Below, in pieces: positions 10,458-18,728 of a stretch of 64,000 bases of DNA. The notes under the pieces were generated by a model. That model had not been told where the DNA came from. It made no database searches and was given only the letters and a program-made list of their open reading frames with translations. The translations under genes were made by a program, and so were the position numbers. Where the stretch lies: assembly GCA_039000165.1 (NCBI GenBank), contig JAWBTW010000002.1:19242-83241 (forward strand), in the 5' to 3' direction. Position 1 is the first letter of the stretch; each line of letters begins with the position of its first letter. This DNA is from Candidatus Aenigmatarchaeota archaeon (lineage in GTDB: Archaea > Aenigmatarchaeota > Aenigmatarchaeia > CG10238-14 > SCSR01).

Positions 10458-11102
10458 ATGGCTGTTTTTGTTGTAAGCATAGATGGACCAGACTTTTGTG
10501 GAAAAACTACTATAGCTAATATAGTCACTGAACTTTTGAGAAGGAAGTATAAGAACTTGAAGATAAAAAGAACCGAATTACCAACAAGCTTTGTTACGGG
10601 AGCTTTTACTGATATCTTAAGAAGTATGAAAGAAACTCCTGCCCAAGAAGTGTTCGCATTAATATATGCAGCAGACCACCTATTTCACTACTTAAACACG
10701 ATCAAACCTTTAGAAGAGTTGAAAGAAAATTTTCTTGTCATTCAAGAAAGATCTTTACTCACTACTTATATCTATCAAGGAATTTTAGGAAAAGTAGATT
10801 TTTCTTGGTTGGACGAGATAAATAAGTATGACAAGAATTTACCAATCTTAACTCTAATACTTAAAGTTCCTACAGAGGAGCTTAAAAACAGAAAATACTT
10901 GAGTAAAAGGTTATTCGACTTTTTTGAGGAAGTAAATTATCTTGAAAAACAAGCTGAAATTTACTACAACCTTCCAGAGGAATTGGTCAAAAAGTTTAAC
11001 GTAGAGTATGTAGAAGCTAATGTTGAACCCTTAGAAGTAGCAGAAAGATGTACAAAAATAATAAGCGAAAAAATTGAAAAATTATTTAACTTCAAGGCTT
11101 GA
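10458..11102 (+). CDS. tmk: Thymidylate kinase-like protein
   Basis: DGPDFCGKTT P-loop, YAADH, ERSLLTTYIYQG. Confidence 0.75.
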   Translation: MAVFVVSIDGPDFCGKTTIANIVTELLRRKYKNLKIKRTELPTSFVTGAFTDILRSMKETPAQEVFALIYAADHLFHYLNTIKPLEELKENFLVIQERSLLTTYIYQGILGKVDFSWLDEINKYDKNLPILTLILKVPTEELKNRKYLSKRLFDFFEEVNYLEKQAEIYYNLPEELVKKFNVEYVEANVEPLEVAERCTKIISEKIEKLFNFKA

Positions 11103-11516
11103 CCAAAAAGTTCTTTTCTTTTTCAACCATTTATAGTAATCCTTGATAATTTTTGCATGATCAAAAGCGAGGTTTTTTAAGTTTATTTTTTTAAGTTCGT
11201 ACCAGTCAACATCTTGAGCATCTCCTCCTGCTTCTAGTTCGCCACCGGCAACTTCAGCAACAAAAACTATTGAAACTGTATGTCCTCTAGGATCTCTTTC
11301 TGGATCTGAATACACACCTAAAATCTCTTTCGGTTTGACAACAAGAGAAGTTTCCTCCTCAACCTCTCTTATCAAAGCTTGTTCAACTTTTTCTCCCTCT
11401 TCAACCAATCCGCCAGGAAGAGCGAGCATTCCTTCAAAAGGTTCTGAAGCTCTTGTTATCAAAAGAATTTTATTTCCTTTTTCAACTATCGCATCAACTG
11501 CTAAATTAATTCCCAT
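11082..11516 (-). CDS. NUDIX hydrolase
   Basis: Nudix box GGLVEEGE...REVEEETS; RDPRGH; LAFDH. Confidence 0.9.
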   Translation of the reverse strand: MGINLAVDAIVEKGNKILLITRASEPFEGMLALPGGLVEEGEKVEQALIREVEEETSLVVKPKEILGVYSDPERDPRGHTVSIVFVAEVAGGELEAGGDAQDVDWYELKKINLKNLAFDHAKIIKDYYKWLKKKRTFWSSLEVK

Positions 11517-11538
11517 ATTTTATATTTTGATTTTTAAT

Positions 11539-11895
11539 TTAAAATCGTTTAGTTTCGAACTTCTTGAATTTTTTTTCATTTTTCATCATTTTTTTCAGGT
11601 ACTCCTTTTCAATGTCTAGGTTTAGAAGTTGGTCCGCAAGTTTAAGGAAGTAGACGAAAACATCTATTATTTCTTCTTTCAATTTGTTGTATTCTTTTTT
11701 TGGGATTTCTTTTGAGAAGTTGAACTCTCTTAAAATTTTTTTAACAGTATTAGCAAATTCCCCAACTTCTCCTGCTAAAGCTATTGTACCATACTGCAAA
11801 TGCTTAATTTTTTCTTCTTTCAAAGATTTAGACCAGTCCCAGCCATGTTTTCTATCAAAATCTCTTTGAAACTTTGCAATTTCTTTCAAATTCAT
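11539..11895 (-). CDS. MazG-like nucleotide pyrophosphohydrolase
   Basis: GEVGEFAN...EEIID motif. Confidence 0.8.
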   Translation of the reverse strand: MNLKEIAKFQRDFDRKHGWDWSKSLKEEKIKHLQYGTIALAGEVGEFANTVKKILREFNFSKEIPKKEYNKLKEEIIDVFVYFLKLADQLLNLDIEKEYLKKMMKNEKKFKKFETKRF

Positions 11896-11896
11896 A

Positions 11897-11967
11897 TGGG
11901 CCCGAGGAGAGTCGAACTCCTTTCTTCGCCGCGTCAGGGCGACGTCCTACCGTTAGACTACGGGCCC
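11897..11967 (-). tRNA. tRNA-Val(GAC)
   Basis: Cloverleaf GGGCCCG...TCGCC-CT-GAC-GC-GGCGA...GTTCGAC...CGGGCCC-A. Confidence 0.93.
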
Positions 11968-12024
11968 ATAATATCTCTTAATTATTCATAATCGCGATTC
12001 TTTAAAAAAATTTCTATGACAAAT

Positions 12025-12849
12025 TTAAACAAAATTTTTTATTAGCATTCCTTTCTTCTTTCTTTTATCATAACAGTAAATTTTTTTAAACCCAACTTCT
12101 TTCAATCTTTCTAAAGCTTCTTTTATCCTATCTCCAGTCCTTTCTGGTAAATGAGCATCTGAACCTATTGTTACAATTTTTACACCAGAATCTAAACAAA
12201 GTTTGAGAAATTCGTAACTTGGAAAGAAATCGTTAACTCCATGAAAAAACCCAGAAGTATTAATTTCAATTCCTGTATCGTTAGTAAGTAAAGCTTCTAT
12301 TACTTTCTCTACAAACTTTCTGTATTTCTCAAAAGGTAACTCTTTTCCGAAAAATTTTGTTGCATTTTTTCTTATGCAATCTGGATGAGCTAAAACATCG
12401 AAAAGATTACTTTCCACAGTTTCGATAACCCTATCGAAGTATATTCTATAAGCTTCTTGTAAGCTCTTGTTCTTAAAAAACCTAATAGAATCTTCAAGAC
12501 TACCAGCTATTAAAATATTGCCAACATAATGAACAGAACCCAAAAGAAAATCGAACTCATGCTCGCCCAAAACTTTTTCTATTTTTTCATGTTCAGAAGC
12601 CCAATAATCCACTTCTAACCCAAATTTTATTTTCACTCTAAATTCTTTTTTTGCCTTTTCTATGTTCTCAAAATGTTCTGGTATTTGATGAAGAAGTATG
12701 CTTTCCCCTGGAGAGTTAAGTTTAAATATGTTGAAATGATTCGTGAAAGCGATTTCCTTAAGATTCTTTTCATTAGCGACTTTGCAGTAATCTTCAACTT
12801 TGCCTTTGGCATCTTGAGTATAATCTGTGTGAATATGATAATCTATCAT
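12025..12849 (-). CDS. PHP-domain phosphatase (HisJ-like histidinol phosphatase family)
   Basis: DYHIHT, GSVH, AHPD, EINT, GSDAH motifs. Confidence 0.85.
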   Translation of the reverse strand: MIDYHIHTDYTQDAKGKVEDYCKVANEKNLKEIAFTNHFNIFKLNSPGESILLHQIPEHFENIEKAKKEFRVKIKFGLEVDYWASEHEKIEKVLGEHEFDFLLGSVHYVGNILIAGSLEDSIRFFKNKSLQEAYRIYFDRVIETVESNLFDVLAHPDCIRKNATKFFGKELPFEKYRKFVEKVIEALLTNDTGIEINTSGFFHGVNDFFPSYEFLKLCLDSGVKIVTIGSDAHLPERTGDRIKEALERLKEVGFKKIYCYDKRKKKGMLIKNFV

Positions 12850-12891
12850 TAATTATTTCTGCTGATTAAGAAATAATAAAACTTATAAACA

Positions 12892-12977
12892 CGCCCGGGG
12901 CGGGATTTGAACCCGCAAGAGCCAAAAGGCTCCCTAGCTTAGCAGGCTAGTGCACTACCAGGTTGTGCGACCCGGGC
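12892..12977 (-). tRNA. tRNA-Ser(GCT)
   Basis: CTAGC-CT-GCT-AA-GCTAG anticodon arm, long variable arm, GTTCAAATC, G73. Confidence 0.93.
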
Positions 12978-13099
12978 TTAAACGATATTTACCTAATTCA
13001 ATTTTTAATTTTTTCACTGAAATTTAAATTTGTTTAAGCTTTTTAAAAATAAGAATCCTTATATTATTTTAAATACAAATTTTATAAGGAGGAATAAAA

Positions 13100-13402
13100 A
13101 TGCCTATAACAGTTAAAGATATTCAAGAGATGTTTGGAAAGGATGTTTTCACAGGAAAGGGTTTTTATTGTGGAAAAGTTTCAGACGTTGAGCTTGACCT
13201 TTCAAGGTTCAAGATTAGAGCTTTAGTAATAGAAGCTGCAAAAGAATCTTTTCTTGCTAAATTGGTTGGGAGTAAAAAAGGCTTAGTAGTTCCTTACAGT
13301 ATGGTTCAAGCAGTTGGTGACATAGTAATTATCAAGCACATTCAGACACCAGAAGTTAGCGAAGAAGGAGAGATGGCCGAAACACAAACTGGAGCTGTAT
13401 GA
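13100..13402 (+). CDS. PRC-barrel domain protein (CdpB-like)
   Basis: GKDVFT.KG.YCGKVSDV...VPYSMVQAVGDIVII pattern; GGAGG RBS. Confidence 0.85.
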   Translation: MPITVKDIQEMFGKDVFTGKGFYCGKVSDVELDLSRFKIRALVIEAAKESFLAKLVGSKKGLVVPYSMVQAVGDIVIIKHIQTPEVSEEGEMAETQTGAV

Positions 13403-13665
13403 ACGAAGGAAAAAAACCACAAAGAACAAAGGATTTAATTTGGAGTAAAGCTGGAGATGTTTATCTCCTTCTTGATAAGGATACTAACGAAACTTATACT
13501 CTTGATCCAATAGCTTTTCTTGTTTGGATTCAGTGTGATGGAAAATCCGACATAGAGCAAATAGTTGACGTTTTCTCAGTAAACGGAAATAGAGATATAG
13601 TTAAGGCTGCTATTCTCGGGATTTTGGAAAAATTACAAAAATCTGGTTTAATCAAGTGGGTTTAA
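13399..13665 (+). CDS. PqqD family / RiPP recognition element protein
   Basis: LLLD...YTLDPIAFLVWIQCDGKSDIEQIV...LEKLQKSGLI; ATGA overlap with PRC gene. Confidence 0.8.
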   Translation: MNEGKKPQRTKDLIWSKAGDVYLLLDKDTNETYTLDPIAFLVWIQCDGKSDIEQIVDVFSVNGNRDIVKAAILGILEKLQKSGLIKWV

Positions 13666-13690
13666 AAAAAATAAAAAGAAAAAGGAAGAA

Positions 13691-13762
13691 TCACCAAAAC
13701 TCTTCTTCCTCTTCCTCATCCCAGTCGGCATCTTCTAATGGGTCTGGTATATCCTCGTCCAT
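13691..13762 (-). CDS. 23-aa acidic micropeptide MDEDIPDPLEDADWDEEEEEEFW, not in ORF track
   Basis: ATG preceded by AGGGGCGA RBS-like sequence; strongly biased composition; directly downstream of ftsZ. Confidence 0.55.
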   Translation of the reverse strand: MDEDIPDPLEDADWDEEEEEEFW

Positions 13763-13778
13763 ACCATCGCCCCTTTTT

Positions 13779-13802
13779 AAATGCACCAAAAAAGGTGCAT
13801 TT
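13779..13802. other. Perfect hairpin AAATGCACC-N6-GGTGCATTT between ftsZ and the micropeptide
   Basis: 9-bp inverted repeat seen directly. Confidence 0.6.
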
Positions 13803-14950
13803 TATCTAATTATATCGATTCCCAATGTTTCGCTGACTTCCTTGACAACTGGTCTTTCGTAAGTTACTGGACCTAGAATGTAAGGTGATTTTACTCCTGT
13901 AATTATTGCAATAACTTGAACCTTTCCTTCAAATTCTGGTAAAATTCTAGCTCCCCAGAAGACTTGGGCGCTTGGGTCTAAGTGTTGAGAAACAGTTTCT
14001 CCTATTATGTTTACTTCTTCTAGCTTAAGATCTGGCCCACCTGTGATGTGAATCAAAGCTCCGGTTGCTCCTGTGTAATCAACTTCTAACAAAGGATTGA
14101 GCAAAGCTTTTGTTATAGCGTCTCTTGCTCTATCTGAGCTGTTACTTTCACCAACACCTATTGCAGCAACTCCTCCTGTGTGCATTACTGCTTTAACGTC
14201 TGCGTAATCTAAGTTCACTAGGCTTGGTAAAGTAATGGTTTCGGTTATTCCTTTGACCATGCTTGCTATTAGTTCATCAGCTACCGCAAAAGCTTGCTGT
14301 ATGGATAAGTTACCAGCATACTTCAAAAGTTTATCGTTCTCTATTACTATAACGGTATCTGTAACTTGTCTAAGAGCAGCCAAGCCTTGCTCTGCTTTTG
14401 AAATTCTTGCCCCTTCTAGCTTGAAAGGCATAGTAACTACTGCTATAACAATTGCCCCCATACTTTTAGCAATCTCACAAACTACTGGTATACTTCCTGT
14501 ACCTGTTCCTTTTCCCAATCCTGCTATGGCAAAAACTAGGTCGGCTCCTTCCAAAGCTTCTTTAATTTCGTTTCTTGATTCTTCTGCACACTTTCTTCCA
14601 ATTTCTGGATAACCACCACAACCTAAACCTTTTGTTAACTCCTTTCCTATCAAAATTTTCTTGTCAGCTTTTCCTACTGCTAAATGTTTTGCGTCTGAAT
14701 TTAAAGAAACAGTTGTTGCTCCTTCTATTCCCATTTCTGTTAATCTTGTCACAGCATTTTGACCTGCTCCTCCGCATCCTACTACAACAATTTTCGCTTT
14801 CTTAACTGAAAATCCAAACTCTTGCTCTGCTAGTTTATAATAATCAACACTAGAAAACGTTGCTCCTGAAGTTGATTCTAACCTAAACCTGGTTTGAGGA
14901 GAATCCTCGCCGAATGTTCTCTTCAAAGCGCTTTGAACAATACTTTCCAT
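13802..14950 (-). CDS. ftsZ: Cell division protein FtsZ (FtsZ2-like)
   Basis: GCGGAGQN, NLDYADV T7 loop, C-terminal GIDIIR tail; T4 loop reads GKGTGTG. Confidence 0.93.
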   Translation of the reverse strand: MESIVQSALKRTFGEDSPQTRFRLESTSGATFSSVDYYKLAEQEFGFSVKKAKIVVVGCGGAGQNAVTRLTEMGIEGATTVSLNSDAKHLAVGKADKKILIGKELTKGLGCGGYPEIGRKCAEESRNEIKEALEGADLVFAIAGLGKGTGTGSIPVVCEIAKSMGAIVIAVVTMPFKLEGARISKAEQGLAALRQVTDTVIVIENDKLLKYAGNLSIQQAFAVADELIASMVKGITETITLPSLVNLDYADVKAVMHTGGVAAIGVGESNSSDRARDAITKALLNPLLEVDYTGATGALIHITGGPDLKLEEVNIIGETVSQHLDPSAQVFWGARILPEFEGKVQVIAIITGVKSPYILGPVTYERPVVKEVSETLGIDIIR

Positions 14951-15060
14951 TCCAATCCTCCCATTTTCAACAAAATATATTTTGTTTCATCGAAAACCAT
15001 TTATAAAGGTTTTCCACTATTTTATCTTAGAATTAGTCAAGTCTAAGTTGTAACTAATTC

Positions 15061-15120
15061 AAACCCGTACAAGACCCGTAATTTAACCCGTAAATTTTAA
15101 CCCGTGTTTAAACCCGTAAA
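15061..15120. repeat. Five direct repeats of an ACCCGT core in the ftsZ-asnS intergenic region
   Basis: ACCCGT at 15063, 15074, 15086, 15100, 15112. Confidence 0.85.
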
Positions 15121-15489
15121 ATTCTTTTATTCTAAGTTATTTAAATTGATTATTGTAGAATTTTCTATATTTTTTTGTAACTATTTTTGTTAAACTTTTA
15201 TGTTAAGCAAAAATTTTTTTGAAAAAATTTCCCACATAAGTTTAAAGATTTTTGAGGAGGAAAATCTAAAAAAGGTGAGAAGGTTGGGCAACCGTCAAAA
15301 CTTTGAAGCAAGAGGATGAAGATTTCTTTAGTTTTATCGCTATTCTTGACGATCGCGGAAGAATTGATGCAATTTGTTTGCGAAGAAGTGAAAAAATGCA
15401 AGAAAGAACTTAAAATTTTTGGGAGGGAAAGGGGTTCAAATCTCCCCCAGAGCGTAAAAATTTAACTATATTATTAAAAAAATTAAGTG

Positions 15490-16794
15490 ATGGAGATGGA
15501 ATTTACTGAGATAGAAGAAGTGTTGAAAAAGGGGAAGGAAGGAAAAGTTTTTATTAGAGGTTGGGTTTATGGAAAGAGAAGCTCTGGAGGGATACTGTTT
15601 TATATAGTAAGAGATGGTTCTGGCTTCATTCAATGCACTCTTAAAAAAGAAAAGTTTGATGAAAAAACTTTTAAAGATTTGGAAAAACTAACTTTGGAAT
15701 CAGTAGTTGAAATAGAAGGAACCTCTAAAAAAGAGCCAAGAGCACCTGGAGGTTATGAAATTGCTGTTGAAAAAGTTAAGGTTATCCACAAATCCTTAGA
15801 GGGATTTCCTATCGCAAAAAAATACCACGGGCCAGAATTTTTGCTTGATTATAGACACTTATGGTTAAGAAGCGAGAAAATGCAAACGATTCTTAAAATA
15901 AGGTCAAAAGTCTTACAAATAGCAAGAGAGTGGCTTCTTTCTCATGGCTATAAGGAATTTCATTCACCAAGTCTAACAGGAGCAGCATGCGAAGGAGGAG
16001 CAACACTCTTTGAGGTAAATTATTTTGGAAAGAAAGCTTACTTAACTCAAAGCTGGCAACTTTATGCTGAGGCTGCAATCTCAAGCCTAGGAAAAATTTT
16101 TACTGTAGCTCCTTCATTTAGAGCTGAAAAGTCAAGGACAAGGAGACATTTAACAGAGTTTTGGCATCTTGAAGTTGAAGAGCCATTTTGTGATTTGGAA
16201 CAAATTATGAAAGTACAAGAAGAATTTATAACCCATATTTGTCATACTCTTGCAAAGGAAATGCCTGAAGAGTTAAAGAAGCTTGGAAGAGACCCTCAAG
16301 ACTTACTTAAGATCAAACCACCTTTTCCAAGGATAACTTATGATCAGGCAATAGAAATGCTTCAAAAAGATGGAGTTAAAATTAAGTGGGGTGATGACAT
16401 AACATGGGTTTTGGAAAAAAAGTTAGCTAGCAAGTTTGATGTTCCTTTCTTCTTAACTCATTTTCCGAAAGGAGTTAAAGCTTTTTACCATAAACCTGAT
16501 CCTAAAAGGCCTGAAGTTACTTTAAGTGCAGACATGCTTGCTCCAGAAGGTTATGGAGAAATTATTGGAGGTGGCCAAAGAATTCATGATTTAGAAGAAT
16601 TGATTCAAAGAATAAAAGAAGAAAAACTTGACCCAAAAGCCTACGAGTGGTACATAGATTTAAGAAGATACGGCTCAGTACCGCATGCAGGTTTTGGTTT
16701 GGGAATAGAAAGGTTTATAATGTGGATCTGCAAGCTCAAACATATAAGAGATGCTGTACCATTTCCAAGGTTAATAAACAGAATTTATCCTTAA
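15490..16794 (+). CDS. asnS: Asparagine--tRNA ligase
   Basis: RGWV..KRSSG, RHLWLRS, YLTQSWQLY, FRAEKSRTRRHLTEFW, YGSVPHAGFGLG. Confidence 0.9.
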   Translation: MEMEFTEIEEVLKKGKEGKVFIRGWVYGKRSSGGILFYIVRDGSGFIQCTLKKEKFDEKTFKDLEKLTLESVVEIEGTSKKEPRAPGGYEIAVEKVKVIHKSLEGFPIAKKYHGPEFLLDYRHLWLRSEKMQTILKIRSKVLQIAREWLLSHGYKEFHSPSLTGAACEGGATLFEVNYFGKKAYLTQSWQLYAEAAISSLGKIFTVAPSFRAEKSRTRRHLTEFWHLEVEEPFCDLEQIMKVQEEFITHICHTLAKEMPEELKKLGRDPQDLLKIKPPFPRITYDQAIEMLQKDGVKIKWGDDITWVLEKKLASKFDVPFFLTHFPKGVKAFYHKPDPKRPEVTLSADMLAPEGYGEIIGGGQRIHDLEELIQRIKEEKLDPKAYEWYIDLRRYGSVPHAGFGLGIERFIMWICKLKHIRDAVPFPRLINRIYP

Positions 16795-16829
16795 ATTTTC
16801 TTTAATCATAAAAACAAATTGATAATTAA

Positions 16830-16913
16830 GGGCTCGTCCGGTAACCTGGATAGCCGACTGCGCTTCGGTTTTGAGGAAACGCAGTAGTGAGGGTTCAAAT
16901 CCCTCCGAGCCCA
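16830..16913 (+). tRNA. tRNA-Arg(TCG) with 10-nt intron at 37/38 (16869-16878)
   Basis: CTGCG-CT-TCG-G[TTTTGAGGAA]A-CGCAG; CTTC/GAGG central helix. Confidence 0.85.
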
Positions 16914-17758
16914 CTTTTTATTCTTTCTTTCAACCTGCAAAAGCTACATATTCTCATGCTTGTTGGTTCTTTGCAGATTTCACACTCTTTTAAATCAAAA
17001 GATAAGTTATTCTGTAAAATTCCTGCAACTGAAATTACGCTTTGTAAAAAGTTTTCTCTAAAGTTTGGTTGCCAGCTTGAAATTTCTTTAATAAGCTTGT
17101 ACCATTTTTCTCTTTTTCTGTCCATTTTTTGTTTAAGGATTACGTAAGGACAAACATCTTCTTCAACAAAAGGGATTCCTTCTTTCTTGCAAAAATCTTT
17201 TGTTTCTTCTTGGCTAACAAAGAACAAGGGTCTTATTCTAGTTAATTGCTTATTTCTGCCTTCAAGCTTAGGTAAAAACTTTGAAATCCAAAAGATGTTT
17301 TTGCTTAGCATGTTTTTAAAGAAGAAAACCAAAAAATCATCTGCATTATGTCCTGTACAAAGCTTTGTTGCTCCTTCCTCTCTTGGAATTTTGTTCATAA
17401 GATATCTTTTAACCATTCCGCAAAAGCTACAAATTGGTCTTTCTAAATTTGTTAATTTTTCGAAATCTATCCCAAAATTTTTAACATTATAAACCTTGAG
17501 CTTAACCTTGCATATGCTTGCTTGTTTTTTCACTATGTTAAGAACAGTTTTTGGTATAAAATCGCCAAGAATTAAATGAAAAGCGTTTATCTCACAATCT
17601 ATTTTATTTTCTTTTACGTATTTTGAAAGCAAAAAGCAAACAGTAGCGCTGTCTTTTCCTCCGCTTAAAGCAACAAAAATTTTGTCTTTGTTCTCGATTA
17701 GCTTGTATTTTGAAATTGTTCTGAAAACCTTTTTCTCTATTTCAAGCATAACTCTCAT
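16895..17758 (-). CDS. PP-loop tRNA thiolation protein (TtcA/TtuA/NcsA family)
   Basis: SGGKDS, CSFC, TGHNADD, RPL, C-terminal Zn finger. Confidence 0.88.
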   Translation of the reverse strand: MRVMLEIEKKVFRTISKYKLIENKDKIFVALSGGKDSATVCFLLSKYVKENKIDCEINAFHLILGDFIPKTVLNIVKKQASICKVKLKVYNVKNFGIDFEKLTNLERPICSFCGMVKRYLMNKIPREEGATKLCTGHNADDFLVFFFKNMLSKNIFWISKFLPKLEGRNKQLTRIRPLFFVSQEETKDFCKKEGIPFVEEDVCPYVILKQKMDRKREKWYKLIKEISSWQPNFRENFLQSVISVAGILQNNLSFDLKECEICKEPTSMRICSFCRLKERIKSGLGGI

Positions 17759-17851
17759 AATAAATTACAGACAAAGAAATTAATGTGTTTAAGTTAGATT
17801 ATAAAAGGGGAGCTTAAAAATTTTAAAAAATCTTTTTAAATTATAAGTAAG

Positions 17852-17926
17852 GCCCCTGTAGTCTAGCCCGGTCAAGGATACTGGCCTCTCGAGCCGGAGA
17901 CCCGGGTTCAAATCCCGGCGGGGGCA
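17852..17926 (+). tRNA. tRNA-Glu(CTC)
   Basis: CTGGC-CT-CTC-GA-GCCGG anticodon arm; full cloverleaf. Confidence 0.93.
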
Positions 17927-17957
17927 TTTAAGATAACAAAAAAACTAATTCTAATTA

Positions 17958-18524
17958 ATGAAAAAGAAAGATAGAAGGAATGTTGCTGGTATCCTAATTT
18001 TTGTAGCAAGCGCGCAATTCATCATAGCTCTAAAGATTGCAGAAGCTTTATACCCTAACTATAACGTTTCTTCAAATTATATCAGTGATTTAGGAGTTGG
18101 GCCTTCTGCTTTCATTTTTAACTCTTCCGTTTTTCTGCTCGGCTTTTTAGCTTTAATTTCTGCTTATTTTCTTTTAATAGAAAAAGAACGAAAAGATTTT
18201 CTATTTTGCTTAGTTTTGGCGGGAATCGGTGCTATGGGGGTTGGAATTTTTACTGAAGACTTTGGCTTATTACATACCATCTTTTCTTTCATCACATTTT
18301 TCTTTGGAGCTCTAGCTTCTATCTTTTCTTACAAAACCCAAAAATCAACCTTTTCTCTCCTATTTTTATTGCTTGGTTCTATTTCCCTTATTTCCTTGAT
18401 TCTTTTTGGTTTAGGAGCTGACCTTGGTTTAGGAAAAGGTGGAATGGAAAGGATGATAGCCTATCCTATTTTAATCTGGGCTTTAGGTTTTGGTGCTTAT
18501 ACAGCTAAGGAAAAATACTTTTGA
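17958..18524 (+). CDS. DUF998-like membrane protein
   Basis: YPNYNVSSNYISDLG, GVGIF..LH, GGMER motifs. Confidence 0.8.
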   Translation: MKKKDRRNVAGILIFVASAQFIIALKIAEALYPNYNVSSNYISDLGVGPSAFIFNSSVFLLGFLALISAYFLLIEKERKDFLFCLVLAGIGAMGVGIFTEDFGLLHTIFSFITFFFGALASIFSYKTQKSTFSLLFLLLGSISLISLILFGLGADLGLGKGGMERMIAYPILIWALGFGAYTAKEKYF

Positions 18525-18598
18525 AGAAGTTTAAATTTTTTGACAAAATATTTTTAAAGGATAAAACGATTTATTAATTTGACTTGAGTTAGATTTAG

Positions 18599-18694
18599 GC
18601 AGGGGTCGCCTAGCCTGGTCGATGGCGCAGGGCTTAGAAAATTAGGAAACCCTGTGGCTTAGTGCCTTCCTGGGTTCAAATCCCAGCCCCTGCA
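18599..18694 (+). tRNA. tRNA-Leu(TAG) with 10-nt intron at 37/38 (18639-18648)
   Basis: CAGGG-CT-TAG-A[AAATTAGGAA]A-CCCTG, variable arm, CTTA/TAGG central helix. Confidence 0.88.
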
Positions 18695-18728
18695 CAAAAA
18701 TAAGATTAACAGTAAGAATTAACTACAC

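Noticed and set aside
13656..13862. 68-aa Ser-rich plus-strand ORF
   Set aside because: Antisense shadow of the GAA/GAG-rich micropeptide and the ftsZ end
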